64,000 nt of DNA from Betaproteobacteria bacterium (GTDB lineage: Bacteria > Pseudomonadota > Gammaproteobacteria > Burkholderiales > SG8-39), in the NCBI GenBank assembly GCA_016713125.1, contig JADJPT010000007.1:29198-93197 (forward strand). The letters run 5' to 3'. Below are positions 25,129-34,860 of this stretch, piece by piece (position 1 is the first letter of the stretch; each line of letters begins with the position of its first letter). A program made the position numbers and the translations under genes. The notes under the pieces are model-generated. The model searched no databases, had not been told where the DNA came from, and saw nothing but the letters and a program-made list of their open reading frames with translations.

Positions 25129-25932
25129 TCAGGCGGCCTGGCGGGGGTGCTCGTACATGTAGAACCAGACCAGCGCGCCCAGCACCAGCTTGTCGTTGGG
25201 CGCCAGATCGACGAACTCGACGCCGTGCCGGTGGCGCGGCGCCTCGCCGTTTTCCTCCTCGGTCTTGACCGCGCGCACCACCGCCTGCAGCTTGAGCCGC
25301 GTCTGCACGCCGTGCAGGTCGACTTCGAAGGCGAGCTTGAGCTTGTCGCCCGGCGCGCCCAGGGGCTCGAGGGCGGTCACCAGGGCCCCGGTGCTGCTGA
25401 TGTTGTCCATGCGCGCCTGCACCGCCGGCTTGCCGCCGTCTGCGCCGACCTCCACCGGCAGGTCGACCCGGTAGCGCGGCGAACTGCGCACTTCGATGCC
25501 GGTGACGTTGTCGGGAAACGACAGGTGCAGCAGGTGGAAGGGCGGGGTCAGCGAATGCAGCACCGAGCTGCGGAAGGCGAAGGCGTTGCGCCCGGTGAAG
25601 GCGCGCAGCATGACGATCTCGCCGCTGCGCAGTGCGAGGCGGCCGCGCGCAGTCATCGGCGCACTGAGGATCAGGCTCTCGCCATCGACCCAGCCGACCA
25701 CGTTGATGGTGACGCGACCGGCCGACATCTGCGGCGGGGGCTCGAGTTGCACGCGGTCGCCGACCTTGAGACGCATGTCGCGGAAGGCATAGGCGACCGG
25801 CGTCCCGGCGGGTGCGGCGGCGGCGGGCGCAGGTGCGGCAGCAGGCGCGGCGGCAGCCGGTGCAGCGGCCGGGGCCGCCGCTGCGGCCGGGGCTTCCGTG
25901 GTGGTGGGCTCGGCATCCATGACGCTATGCAT
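25129..25932 (-). CDS. YcgR-like PilZ-domain (c-di-GMP-binding) protein with an Ala/Pro-rich N-terminus
   Basis: PilZ motifs RSSPRYR and DNISSTGALV. A preceding YcgR-N-like barrel. N-terminal APAAAAAPAAAPAAAAPAAAPAPAAAAPA. Confidence 0.7.
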   Translation of the reverse strand: MHSVMDAEPTTTEAPAAAAAPAAAPAAAAPAAAPAPAAAAPAGTPVAYAFRDMRLKVGDRVQLEPPPQMSAGRVTINVVGWVDGESLILSAPMTARGRLALRSGEIVMLRAFTGRNAFAFRSSVLHSLTPPFHLLHLSFPDNVTGIEVRSSPRYRVDLPVEVGADGGKPAVQARMDNISSTGALVTALEPLGAPGDKLKLAFEVDLHGVQTRLKLQAVVRAVKTEEENGEAPRHRHGVEFVDLAPNDKLVLGALVWFYMYEHPRQAA

Positions 25933-25954
25933 AACGGCCGCCGGACGGCGGACT

Positions 25955-26683
25955 TTAGCTCCGCGTGCCGCAGCCTCCGACGGGGCGCTGCAGGCGTCGC
26001 ACCCGGCGTTCGATGCCGCGCCACGCCCCCGAACCGTCGAGCAGCGCGTTCAGCCAGCCGCTGGCGGTGCAGTAGTGCGTGGCGAAGGGCGGCACATGGT
26101 GCAGCCTGTGCATGTCCGGCGGCAGGATCAGGCCCAGGCGCTGCGCGCTCCGCACCCAGGCGGGCAGGGTGGCCGGTTCGCAGTGCGCCCATTTGTGGCA
26201 CTGGTTGGTGAGCAGCGCGGCCAGCGCGAACATCAGCAGCGCGGGCAGGGCCAGCCGCGCCGCCGGCGTGTCCGGACCCAGCACGGCGGCCAGCGCCAGC
26301 GCCGGCAGCGCGGCCAGGCAACTGGCGCCGTTGGTCTCGATGAAATCGTGACGCGTGATGGCCTGCGGGTCGGCATGGTGCTCGCGGAACGGGCGGATCA
26401 GGGCGGGGCCGAGAAAGCGCGTGTGCACGCTGCCCCAGGTGTCGAAGCTCCAGTGCGCCAGCCCGCTGCCCAGGTCCGCGGCCAGCCAGGCCAGCGGCAG
26501 GCACAGCAGGCACCAGGCGAGCATCCAGCCCTGGCCGGGCGCGGCGATGGCCGCGGCCAGGCGCAGCGCGCAGTACACGAACAGCAGGGTCCAGGCGACG
26601 ATGGCGGCGAGTTCGATCAGGCGCTGCGGTGCGCCATAGCGCGACAGGGCCTGCGCCTCGGGTCGGGTCGGCGGGCCACTCAT
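25955..26683 (-). CDS. CarF/TMEM189 (PEDS1)-family membrane lipid desaturase-like protein
   Basis: ATG at 26683, overlapping the upstream stop (ATGA). 242 aa. Histidine boxes HWSFDTWG, FREHHADP, NQCHKWAH and MHRLHH in a polytopic membrane protein. Confidence 0.65.
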   Translation of the reverse strand: MSGPPTRPEAQALSRYGAPQRLIELAAIVAWTLLFVYCALRLAAAIAAPGQGWMLAWCLLCLPLAWLAADLGSGLAHWSFDTWGSVHTRFLGPALIRPFREHHADPQAITRHDFIETNGASCLAALPALALAAVLGPDTPAARLALPALLMFALAALLTNQCHKWAHCEPATLPAWVRSAQRLGLILPPDMHRLHHVPPFATHYCTASGWLNALLDGSGAWRGIERRVRRLQRPVGGCGTRS

Positions 26684-27813
26684 CCGTACGGCGTGCGCTT
26701 GCCGCGCCTGCGGAACGGATACAGCAGCTGGCCCACCCAGGTCTCGGGCGGCTGGAACTCGACGGTGCCGTAGTTCTTCGGCCAGTGGTCGGGCAGGTGC
26801 GCGGTGCCGAAGACGCGGTCCCACAGCGGCAGGAAACTGGCGAAGTTCTTGTCCAGGCCTTCCTCGTCCGAGGTGTGGTGCCAGTGGTGGAATTCCGGCG
26901 TGGCGATCACCCAGCGCAGCAGCGGCCAGCGCCAGCGCACGTTGGCGTGGATGTACACCGCGTGGAAGGACACGAACACCAGGTAGGCGTACAGCGCGGC
27001 CGGCGCGAAGCCGAGCACGAACACCGGCAGGAAGGCCGCGGCGCGCGTCACCAGCACGTCGACGATGTGCATGCGCGAGCCGGCCAGCCAGTCCATCTGC
27101 CGGCTCGAGTGGTGCACGGCGTGGAAGCTCCACAGCCAGGGCACCGAGTGGAAGGACCGGTGCACCCAGTAGGTCATGAAGTCCACGGCCAGCAGGATCT
27201 CGATGAACTGCAGCCACAGCGGCTGCGCGGCCACCGCCTTCTGGAAATCGAGCTGCAGGGTCCAGGCGAACAGGGCCTGGGCGGGGATCATGCTGGCGAA
27301 GGACAGCAACTGCACGCCGGCATGGCTGACGAAGAAATGCTTGAGGTCGGTCTGCCAGCCGGCGCGAAAGATGTTCTGCCTGCGCAGCGCATAGAGGCGT
27401 TCCAGCGGCACGAACAGCAGCGCCAGCACCAGCAGCTCGAGCACGAAGTAGTCCAGGCCGGCGGCGAACGCCCGGCCACCCGCTGCGCCGAGCTCCACGG
27501 GCTCGGCCTGGGCGCCGCCCATCAGCAGCGCGACCGCACCCAGGCCGATGCCGATCAGGCCGTAGGTCTTGGAGCGCAGCAGCAGGATGCTGGCCGCGCC
27601 CAGCGCGAAGGCGGCGAGGATGCAGGCCTGCAGGATGGTGCGCAGCAGGCCCAGGTGGGCGACGTAGAACGGCAGGGCATCGCGCGTGACCAGCAGGTCG
27701 GGCAGCAGGAAGCACAGCACGGCCAGCACGCACAGCGCGCCGAGCACGCCCGAAGCCACGCCGGTGCGCTTGCCGACCTCCGCGCGCGCACGCGCCGACA
27801 GCAGGCGCTTCAC
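26680..27813 (-). CDS. fatty-acid hydroxylase / sterol-desaturase superfamily membrane protein with an extra N-terminal TM domain
   Basis: 377 aa. Eight-His motif HRSFH...HAVHH...HAVYIH...FHHWHH. Confidence 0.7.
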   Translation of the reverse strand: MKRLLSARARAEVGKRTGVASGVLGALCVLAVLCFLLPDLLVTRDALPFYVAHLGLLRTILQACILAAFALGAASILLLRSKTYGLIGIGLGAVALLMGGAQAEPVELGAAGGRAFAAGLDYFVLELLVLALLFVPLERLYALRRQNIFRAGWQTDLKHFFVSHAGVQLLSFASMIPAQALFAWTLQLDFQKAVAAQPLWLQFIEILLAVDFMTYWVHRSFHSVPWLWSFHAVHHSSRQMDWLAGSRMHIVDVLVTRAAAFLPVFVLGFAPAALYAYLVFVSFHAVYIHANVRWRWPLLRWVIATPEFHHWHHTSDEEGLDKNFASFLPLWDRVFGTAHLPDHWPKNYGTVEFQPPETWVGQLLYPFRRRGKRTPYG

Positions 27814-28073
27814 GCTGCGGGCGCGCCCAGCTTCTGCGCCAGCGCCTCGAGCTCGGCGGCGATCACCGCCTCGCCGCCGCGTCCGGCCGGAAACGGCCGG
27901 GCGGCGCGGCCGTACCAGTAGCGCGCGTTCGACAGGTCGTCCTCGATCAGGTGGACGATGCCGTGCGCCCAGCAGGCGAGCGGCCCGTCCTCGGCCTGCA
28001 CGATGACGTGCGCCGCCTGCCAGTCGCGGGCGAGCAGCAGGGCGTAGGCCTTGCGCAGGGGTTGTCGCGTCAT
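27810..28073 (-). CDS. 87-aa hypothetical protein, first gene of the lipid-desaturase operon
   Basis: MTRQPLRKAYALLLARDWQAAHVIVQ...LSNARYWYGRAARP... Its stop overlaps the next start by 4 nt. Confidence 0.5.
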   Translation of the reverse strand: MTRQPLRKAYALLLARDWQAAHVIVQAEDGPLACWAHGIVHLIEDDLSNARYWYGRAARPFPAGRGGEAVIAAELEALAQKLGAPAA

Positions 28074-28093
28074 GTGCGCCGCGCCTCGTTCCG

Positions 28094-28711
28094 CTACTCG
28101 CGCAGCTTGCGCGCCTCTTTGGCGGCGGGGCGCTCGATGCTGGCCTGCAGCCAGGCGTTAAGCTTCGGGAACTTCGACAGGTCGTATTTCATCGCGGTCA
28201 GCGTGTACAGCACGCTGGCCACCATGAAGTCGGCCATGTTCCACGACGCGCCGCCGAAGTACGGCGTCTTGTTCAGCTGCTCCTCGAAGGTCTTCAGGCG
28301 CGCCAGCAGCTGCGCCTCGGCCGCCTCGGCGATCGCCGGGTTGCGTTTCTCGGGCGGAAACAGCGCGCGATGCTGGTACAGCGTGATCATCGGCGGCTCG
28401 ACGTCGTTCGAGGTGAAGAAGGCCCACTGCAGCATCTGCGCCCGGCCGGCCGGGGTGGCCGGATACAGCGGGCTCTTGTGCTGCTCGGCCAGGTACAGGT
28501 TGATGGCCGAGGTCTCCCAGACCACCACGCCGTCGTCGTCCACGGTGGGCACGCGCGCGTTGGGGTTGAGGGCCACGTACCAGGGCTCCTTGCATTCGGG
28601 CTTGTCGGCCGTGATGCTGACCGGGATGTGCTCGTAGGGGATGTTGCTTTCCTTGGCGAGCCAGATGACGCGGAACGCGCGGGAACGGGCCTGGCCGTAA
28701 ATCTTCAGCAT
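28094..28711 (-). CDS. glutathione S-transferase
   Basis: ORF trimmed to the ATG at 28711 (MLKIYGQARSRAFRVIWLAKE...VPTVDDDGVVVWETSAINLYL). 205 aa. Confidence 0.75.
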   Translation of the reverse strand: MLKIYGQARSRAFRVIWLAKESNIPYEHIPVSITADKPECKEPWYVALNPNARVPTVDDDGVVVWETSAINLYLAEQHKSPLYPATPAGRAQMLQWAFFTSNDVEPPMITLYQHRALFPPEKRNPAIAEAAEAQLLARLKTFEEQLNKTPYFGGASWNMADFMVASVLYTLTAMKYDLSKFPKLNAWLQASIERPAAKEARKLRE

Positions 28712-28868
28712 GATGACTCCGGGATGACGTGGGGAGGGTGCGGGGTGCGCGTCTTCGAAACGGTATGCGCCGTGCCCGACCGCGACGATAGAATGCCTGT
28801 GGCGGTCCGGCAAGCGCAGTTCGCTGCGCGGCCCGGGCAAGCCCAACCATAATACGAGGAGAGATACG

Positions 28869-29851
28869 ATGCGCGTCGTTCTGAAACTAGCCGCACTGCC
28901 GCTGGCCCTGCTGGCGCTCGCGTCCTCGGGCGCCGCGCAGGCCCAGGCCGCCTACCCGAACAAGCCGATCCGCTTCATGGTCGGTTTCCGCCCGGCGGCA
29001 GCGCCGACGTGGCCAGCCGCACCATTTCGCAGCGCCTCTCGGAGCGCCTGGGTCAGCCGCTGATCATGGACAACCGCGCCGGCGCCGGCGGCATGGTCGG
29101 CCTGGAGGCCATCGCCAAGTCGACGCCCGACGGCTACACCATCGGCATCGGCACCTCGGGTGCGCTGACCGTGAACCCGACGCTGCGCAGCAAGCTGCCC
29201 TACGACCCGCTCAAGGACTTCGCGTACATCTCCACCATGGTGGTGAACCCGATCGCGCTGACCATCAGCCCCTCGCTGCCGCCGCAGAACATGAAGGAGT
29301 TCCTGACCTGGGCCAAGGGCCAGTCCTCGGCCAAGCTGTCGTTCGGCACCGCCGGCACCGGCACCGCCATGCACCTGGCCGGCGAAGTGCTGAACCAGAT
29401 GGCCGGCATCACCATCGTGCACGTGCCGTACAAGGGCAGCGCCCCGGCGGCCGTGGACCTGATGGGCGGCCAGATCCCGCTGGCCGTGCTCGACCTCGCG
29501 GCCGGCCTCACGCACATCCGCGCGGGCAAGATCCGCGCGCTGGGCATGACCTCGCTGAACCGCTCGCCGGTGGCGCCCGAGATCCCCACCATCGCCGAAA
29601 CCGGCGTGCCGGGCTATGACGTGCGCAGCTGGTTCGGCATCGTCGCGCCGGCCGGCACGCCCCCGGAGATCATCGCCCGGCTGAACGCCGAGATCGTCGC
29701 CGTGCTCGGCAGCCAGGAAGGCAAGGACCGCATGGTCGCCTCCGGCCTGGAAGCTTCGCCCTCGACCCCGCAGGCGTTCCTCGACACGGTACGCAGCGAG
29801 ATCCCGCGCTGGGCCGGCGTGATCAAGGCGGCGGGCATCAAACTGGAGTGA
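28869..29851 (+). pseudogene. Bug-family (tripartite tricarboxylate transporter) periplasmic binding protein, one frameshift as sequenced
   Basis: Signal peptide + YPNKPIRFMVGF in frame 1. (PPGGS)ADVASRTISQRLSERLGQPLIMDNRAGAGG... to 29851 in frame 2. The break is at ~28989. Confidence 0.75.
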
Positions 29852-29855
29852 GCGT

Positions 29856-31513
29856 TTGAAAGCATCGAGTCTGGGACTGGCCGGCTACTGGCCCAAGCGT
29901 TTCCGGCGCAGCCTGACCGCGCCGCGCACCACCCTGGCGGCCAACCTGGCGGTGGCGGCGCTGCGCTACGGCGATGCGCCGGCCATCCACAGCCTCGGGC
30001 GCACGCTGGCTGGCGCGAATTCGCCGCCCAGGCCGATGCCTTCGCCGGCTGGCTGCAGCACGCCGGTGTGCGGCGCGGCGACCGCGTGCTGATCTACATG
30101 CAGAACTCGGCGCAGTGGCTGATCGCCTATTTCGGCGCGCTGCGCGCCGACGCCGTGGTGGTGCCGGTCAACCCGATGAACCGCACCGACGAGCTGCACC
30201 ACTACCTGCAGGACTCCGGGGCGAAAGTGGCGGTGTGCGCGCAGGACCTGGCGCCCGCGCTGCTCGCCGCCGCGCCGGGCACCGCGCTGGAGCAGGTGGT
30301 GGCCGCCACCTACTCGGATTACGTGCCGGCCGACACGCCGTTCAACGTTCCCGACTGGCTGCGTGCGCCGCGCATCGAGGTGGCCGGCTGCACCGCCTGG
30401 CAGGCGGCACTGGACGCGGGCCATGTGCCGGGTGCGCCGCAGGCCACGCCGGAAGACCTCGCCCTGCTGCCGTATACCTCGGGTTCCACCGGCCTGCCCA
30501 AGGGCTGCATGCACACCAGCGCCAGCTTCATGCACAACGTGGCGGGGCTGGCGCTGTGGCACGGCATCGCGGCCGGCGACCCCTGCCTGGGCGTGGCGCC
30601 GATGTACCACGTGTCCGGCCTGACCCACAGCATCAACGTGCCGGTGTATGCCGGGGCCTGCATCGTGGTGGTGCCGCGCTGGGAGCGGCGCCTGGCCGCG
30701 CAGCTGATCGAGCACTATCGCGTGGTGCACGCCAGCATGGCGCCCACCGCGGTGATCGACCTGCTGGCCGACCCGCAGCTCGAGCGCCATGACCTCACCA
30801 GCCTGCGGCGCATCGGTTCGGGCGGCTCGGCCATGCCCGACGAGGTGTGGAAGCGCCTGAACGAGCGCATGGGCATTCCCTACATCGAGGCCTACGGCAT
30901 GACCGAGGCCGCCGCCACCACGCACAACAATCCGGTCGACCGGCCCAAGCGCGCCTGCCTGGGCATCAACTGGTTCGACAGCGAGTCCTGCGTGATCGAC
31001 CCGGACACCCTGCAGCCGCGCGCGGTGGGCGAGCCCGGCGAGATCGTCATGCGCGGGCCGCAGATGTTCAAGGGCTACTGGAACCGCCCGGAGGACACCG
31101 CCGCGGCCTGGGTGGAGATCGACGGCCGCCAGTGGTACCGCTCGGGCGACATCGGCTACGTCGACGAGGAAGGCTACTTCTTCATGACCGACCGGCTGAA
31201 GCGCATGATCAACGCCTCGGGCTTCAAGGTCTGGCCGGCCGAGGTGGAGAGCGTGCTGTACGCGCATCCCGACGTGCTCGAGGCCTGCGTGGTCGGCGTG
31301 GCCGACGCCTACCGCGGAGAGAACGTGAAGGCGCTGCTGGTGCTGCGCGAAGGCGCCGCGCTCGACAATGAGGCGTTCAGCGCCTGGGCGCGCGAACGCA
31401 TGGCCGCCTACAAGGTGCCGCGCGTCGTCGAGTGCGTGCCTTCGCTGCCCAAGTCGCCGGTGGGCAAGATCCTCTGGCGCGAGGTGCAGGACCGCGAGAA
31501 CGCGGCGCGCTGA
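29856..31513 (+). pseudogene. AMP-dependent acyl-CoA ligase, one frameshift as sequenced
   Basis: TTG start at 29856. ...AIHSLGRTL then WREFAAQADAFAGWLQHAGVRRGDRVLIYMQN... in the -1 frame (break ~30008). Motifs YTSGSTGLPKG and PKSPVGKILWRE. Confidence 0.75.
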
Positions 31514-31635
31514 GCGGGGTGCTCCCCAAGAGAGTGGCAGCAATCCCCCTGGAACACGGCTGCCAGCGCGGGGTTCGGAAAAAATGTGGCAGTAATGCTG
31601 GAGCGCGGCGTCCGGCCGCGCTGCGCCGCCGTCCG

Positions 31636-32588
31636 CTACTTCTTCGCCGGCTTGCGCCGCGCGGCGGCTTTGGCCACGGGCTTCGATGCGGGCTTCTGGG
31701 CTTCGCCGAGGACTTGGCCGCGGGTTTCGCGGCCTTGCCGCCCGGGCGCGCGACCGCGGCCAGGCCGGGCTTGAAGCTCTTGTTGTCGAGGAACTCGCGC
31801 ATGCCGCGCTCGCGCGTGCGCTCGGGGTCCTTGGCTTCCAGCGCGGTGATCTTGGCGATCAGGTAGTCGTAGGCCTGCTCCATGTCCATGGTGCGCACCT
31901 GGCGGATCGCCTGCTTGGTGTAGGCCAGCACCATCGGGCTCTTGCTCATCAGCTCGCGCGCCAGGGCCACGGTCTCGGCGCGCAGCTTCTTCGCCGGCAC
32001 CGAGAAGTTCACCAGCCCCATCTCGGCGGCCTTCCTGCCCTTGAACGGCCGGCCGGTGGTGGCGTAGTACATGGCGTCGCGGATGCGCAGCGTGTCGACC
32101 AGCACCTTGCTGACCACGCCGCCGGGCACGATGCCCCAGTTGATCTCGGACAGGCCGAACACCGCGTCGTCCGAGGCGATGGCGAAATCGCAGTTGCACA
32201 GCGGGATGAAGGCACCGCCGAAGCAGTAGCCGTTGACCATGGCGATGACCGGCTTGCGCCCGCGCACCAGGGCGTCCCAGGACCAGCGCCGGTTGTCGGT
32301 GTAGGAGCGGAACTGCGCCTGCGCGTCGCCGTCGGTGTCGCGGAAGTATTCCTTGAGGTCCATGCCCGCGCTCCACGAGTTGCCGGCGCCGGTCAGCACG
32401 ATGACCTTGGTGTCCGGGTGCGTCTCGTGCTCGTCCATGATCTGCGCCATCTCGGCGTGCAGGGTCGGGTTCATGGCATTGCGCTTCTCCGGGCGGTTGA
32501 AGGTCACCCAGGTGATGCCTTCGCGGTCGGTCTCGACCTTGACGCATTCGTAATCGCTGCGCGGCTGCTTCGGGTACTTGACGGGCAT
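31636..32588 (-). CDS. ech: hydroxycinnamoyl-CoA hydratase-lyase (HCHL/Ech-type crotonase) with a Lys/Ala/Pro-rich C-terminal tail; the tail needs one frame correction
   Basis: ATG at 32588. FNRPEKRNAMNPTLHAEM...GAGNSWSAGMDLKEYF...GLSEINWGIVPGG...FLDNKSFKPGL closely parallels Pseudomonas HCHL. After ~31698 the frame shifts to give ...KPASKPVAKAAARRKPAKK-TAG (31636). Confidence 0.75.
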
Positions 32589-32620
32589 TGCGTGGCCTTT
32601 CTTTGCTGGATGAAGGTGAT

Positions 32621-33769
32621 CTAGAGCGTGGCTTCGGTGCCCAGGAGCACCGTGACCTGCGAGGAGAGGGTGCCGCCGTTGCCGTTGCACAGCGCGACTT
32701 CGGCGCCGGCGACCTGGCGCTCGCCGGCCGTGCCGCGCAGCTGGGTGGCGGCTTCGGCCAGCAGGAAGATGCCGTACATGCCCGGATGCACGCACGACAG
32801 CCCGCCGCCGTTGGTGTTCACCGGCAGCCGGCCGCCCGGGGCGATCGCGCCGCCGGCGACGAAGCTGCCGCCTTCACCCTTGGCGCAGAAGCCGAGGTCT
32901 TCGAGCGCGAGCAGCGTGTTGATGCTGAAAGCGTCGTAGATCTCGGCCACGTCCACGTCGGCCGCACCCAGGCCGGCCATCGCGAACGCGCGCGGGCCGG
33001 ATTCGCTGGAGGCGGTGACGGTGAGGTCGGGCATCGAGGAGATCTGACGGTGCCAGACCGCGGTGGCGCCGCCGAGGAAGTACACCGGCTTGTTCGGCAG
33101 GTCTTTGGCGCGCTCGGCGCGCACCATGACGACGGCGCCGGCGCCGTCGGTCACCAGGCAGCAGTCGCGCACGGTGAGCGGGTCGCACAGCGTGCGCGAG
33201 GCGCGCACCTGTTCGATGGACAGCGGATCGCGCATGAAGGCGTCGGGGTTGAGGCGCGCCCAGGCGCGCGCGGCCACCGGGATCTCGGCCAGCTGCTCGA
33301 CCGTGGTGCCGTACTGGTGCATGTGGCGCGCGGCGGCCAGCGCGAACGGGCCGACCATGTAGCTGGGCTTGTAGTCGACTTCGAAGGGCGGCGCGTCGGA
33401 GAAGTTCACCGGGCGCTTCGCGGTGCGCTGGTTGGAGCCGTAGCAGATCAGCGCCACGTCGCACAGCCCGGCCTGCAGCGCCAGCGTGGCCTTGAGCGCG
33501 AAATCGACGAACGACGAGCCGCCGATGTTGCTGGCGTCGACGAAGCGCGGCCGGATGCCGAGGAAATCCGCGGTCGACAGCCCGGGCAGGAAGTTCACCG
33601 AGTTGGCGGTGAACAGGCCGTCGACGTCGGTGAGTTTGAGCCCGGCATCGGCCAGCGCCGCGTGCGCGGCCTGGCTCAGCAGTTCCAGGTGGGTGTGGCC
33701 GGGCGCCTCGCCCAGCCCGGCCAGGCCGACGCCGACGATGGCGGCCGCGCCGCGCAGCGCATGCGCCAT
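32621..33769 (-). CDS. thiolase-fold protein (SCP-x / lipid-transfer-type thiolase family)
   Basis: 382 aa. AAIVGVGLAGLGE...CYGSNQRT...NTNGGGLS pattern. It lies 33 nt upstream of ech. Confidence 0.6.
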   Translation of the reverse strand: MAHALRGAAAIVGVGLAGLGEAPGHTHLELLSQAAHAALADAGLKLTDVDGLFTANSVNFLPGLSTADFLGIRPRFVDASNIGGSSFVDFALKATLALQAGLCDVALICYGSNQRTAKRPVNFSDAPPFEVDYKPSYMVGPFALAAARHMHQYGTTVEQLAEIPVAARAWARLNPDAFMRDPLSIEQVRASRTLCDPLTVRDCCLVTDGAGAVVMVRAERAKDLPNKPVYFLGGATAVWHRQISSMPDLTVTASSESGPRAFAMAGLGAADVDVAEIYDAFSINTLLALEDLGFCAKGEGGSFVAGGAIAPGGRLPVNTNGGGLSCVHPGMYGIFLLAEAATQLRGTAGERQVAGAEVALCNGNGGTLSSQVTVLLGTEATL

Positions 33770-33771
33770 GC

Positions 33772-34752
33772 TCAGTTGGCCTTGATGCCGGCGGCGCGCA
33801 CCACCTCGCCCCAGCGGCCGAGCTCGCGGCGCAGGAAGCCCTCGAGGTCCTCGTTGGGCGTGGCGGGCAGGTCGGCGCCGAAGGCGCGATAGCGCTCGCG
33901 CAGGTCGGGTTCGCGCAGCGCGGCCTGCGCGCTGGTGCGGATCTTCGCGGCGATGTCGGCCGGCAGGTTGGCCGGGCCGATCAGCAGGAACCAGGTCACG
34001 GCTTCGAAGCCGCCGATGCCCTGTTCCGCGAAGGTCGGCACGTCGGGGATGGAGCTGTTGCGCTCCTTCGCCGGCAGACCGATGGCGCGCAGCTTGCCCG
34101 AGCGGATGTGCGGCAGCACCGTCGACACCGTGGCGAAGGCCATGGTGATCTGCCCGCCGAGCAGGTCGTTGATCGCCGGGGCCATGCCCTTGTAGGGCAC
34201 GTGCGTCATCTTGACGTTGTAGTGCAGGTTCAGGAACTCGCCGGCCAGGTGGGCCTGCGAACCGTTGGCCGGCGAACCGAAGGTCAGCGTGTTGGGGTAG
34301 GCGCGGGCGAAGCCGGCCAGGTCGTTCATGGTCTTGACCGGCACCGCGGCGTTCACCACCAGCACGTTGTCGATGTTGGCCACGCGCGCGATCAGCGTGA
34401 AGTCCTTGAGCGGGTCATAGGGCAGCTTGGGGAACAGGTGCGGGTTCACGCCCAGGGTGTTGGTCGGCGCGATCAGCAGCAGTGCGCCGTCGGGCGGGGC
34501 GTTCTTGACCAGCTCCATGCCGAGGATGCCCGAGGCGCCGGGGCGCGCCTCGACGATCACCGGCTGCTTCCAGGCGGCCTGCAGTTTCTCGCCCAGCACG
34601 CGCGCCATCAGGTCGGTCGGTCCGCCGGCGGGGAAACCGGTGATCAGACGCACCGTCTTGGTGGGGTAGGTCTGCGCCTGCGCGCCGCTCAGCGGCAGGC
34701 CGGCAAACAGGACGAGCAAGGCGGCGGCGATTCGGGATGCGGGCTTGTTCAT
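33772..34752 (-). CDS. Bug-family TTT periplasmic binding protein
   Basis: ATG at 34752. Signal peptide then YPTKTVRLITGFPAGGPTDLMARV. Confidence 0.8.
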   Translation of the reverse strand: MNKPASRIAAALLVLFAGLPLSGAQAQTYPTKTVRLITGFPAGGPTDLMARVLGEKLQAAWKQPVIVEARPGASGILGMELVKNAPPDGALLLIAPTNTLGVNPHLFPKLPYDPLKDFTLIARVANIDNVLVVNAAVPVKTMNDLAGFARAYPNTLTFGSPANGSQAHLAGEFLNLHYNVKMTHVPYKGMAPAINDLLGGQITMAFATVSTVLPHIRSGKLRAIGLPAKERNSSIPDVPTFAEQGIGGFEAVTWFLLIGPANLPADIAAKIRTSAQAALREPDLRERYRAFGADLPATPNEDLEGFLRRELGRWGEVVRAAGIKAN

Positions 34753-34860
34753 GGCGCGGCTCCTGGTGGCGTGTGGATAGGGTGGTGCGCGGAAAACCGG
34801 TTGCGGCATGGGGGTGGCCGGAACGGTGGATGCGAAATCGTGCCTGCGCACGTCATGCGT

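Noticed and set aside
25800-25905. GC-rich short tandem repeats (GCNGCNGCC-type), and the 9-bp x3 repeat at 62921-62947; considered as possible CRISPR or minisatellite.
   Set aside because: They lie inside ORFs and encode Ala/Pro-rich linkers. There are no spacer-repeat architecture, no unique spacers and no cas genes.
31540-31600. TGGCAG...-type sequences resembling sigma-54 -24 elements (GTGGCAGCAAT and GTGGCAGTAATGCTGG). A similar TGGCAGAATTGCC lies at 57973-57985.
   Set aside because: The GG-to-GC spacing is 9 nt instead of the 12 nt required for -24/-12 promoters. The first pair lies between convergent genes, where no promoter is expected.
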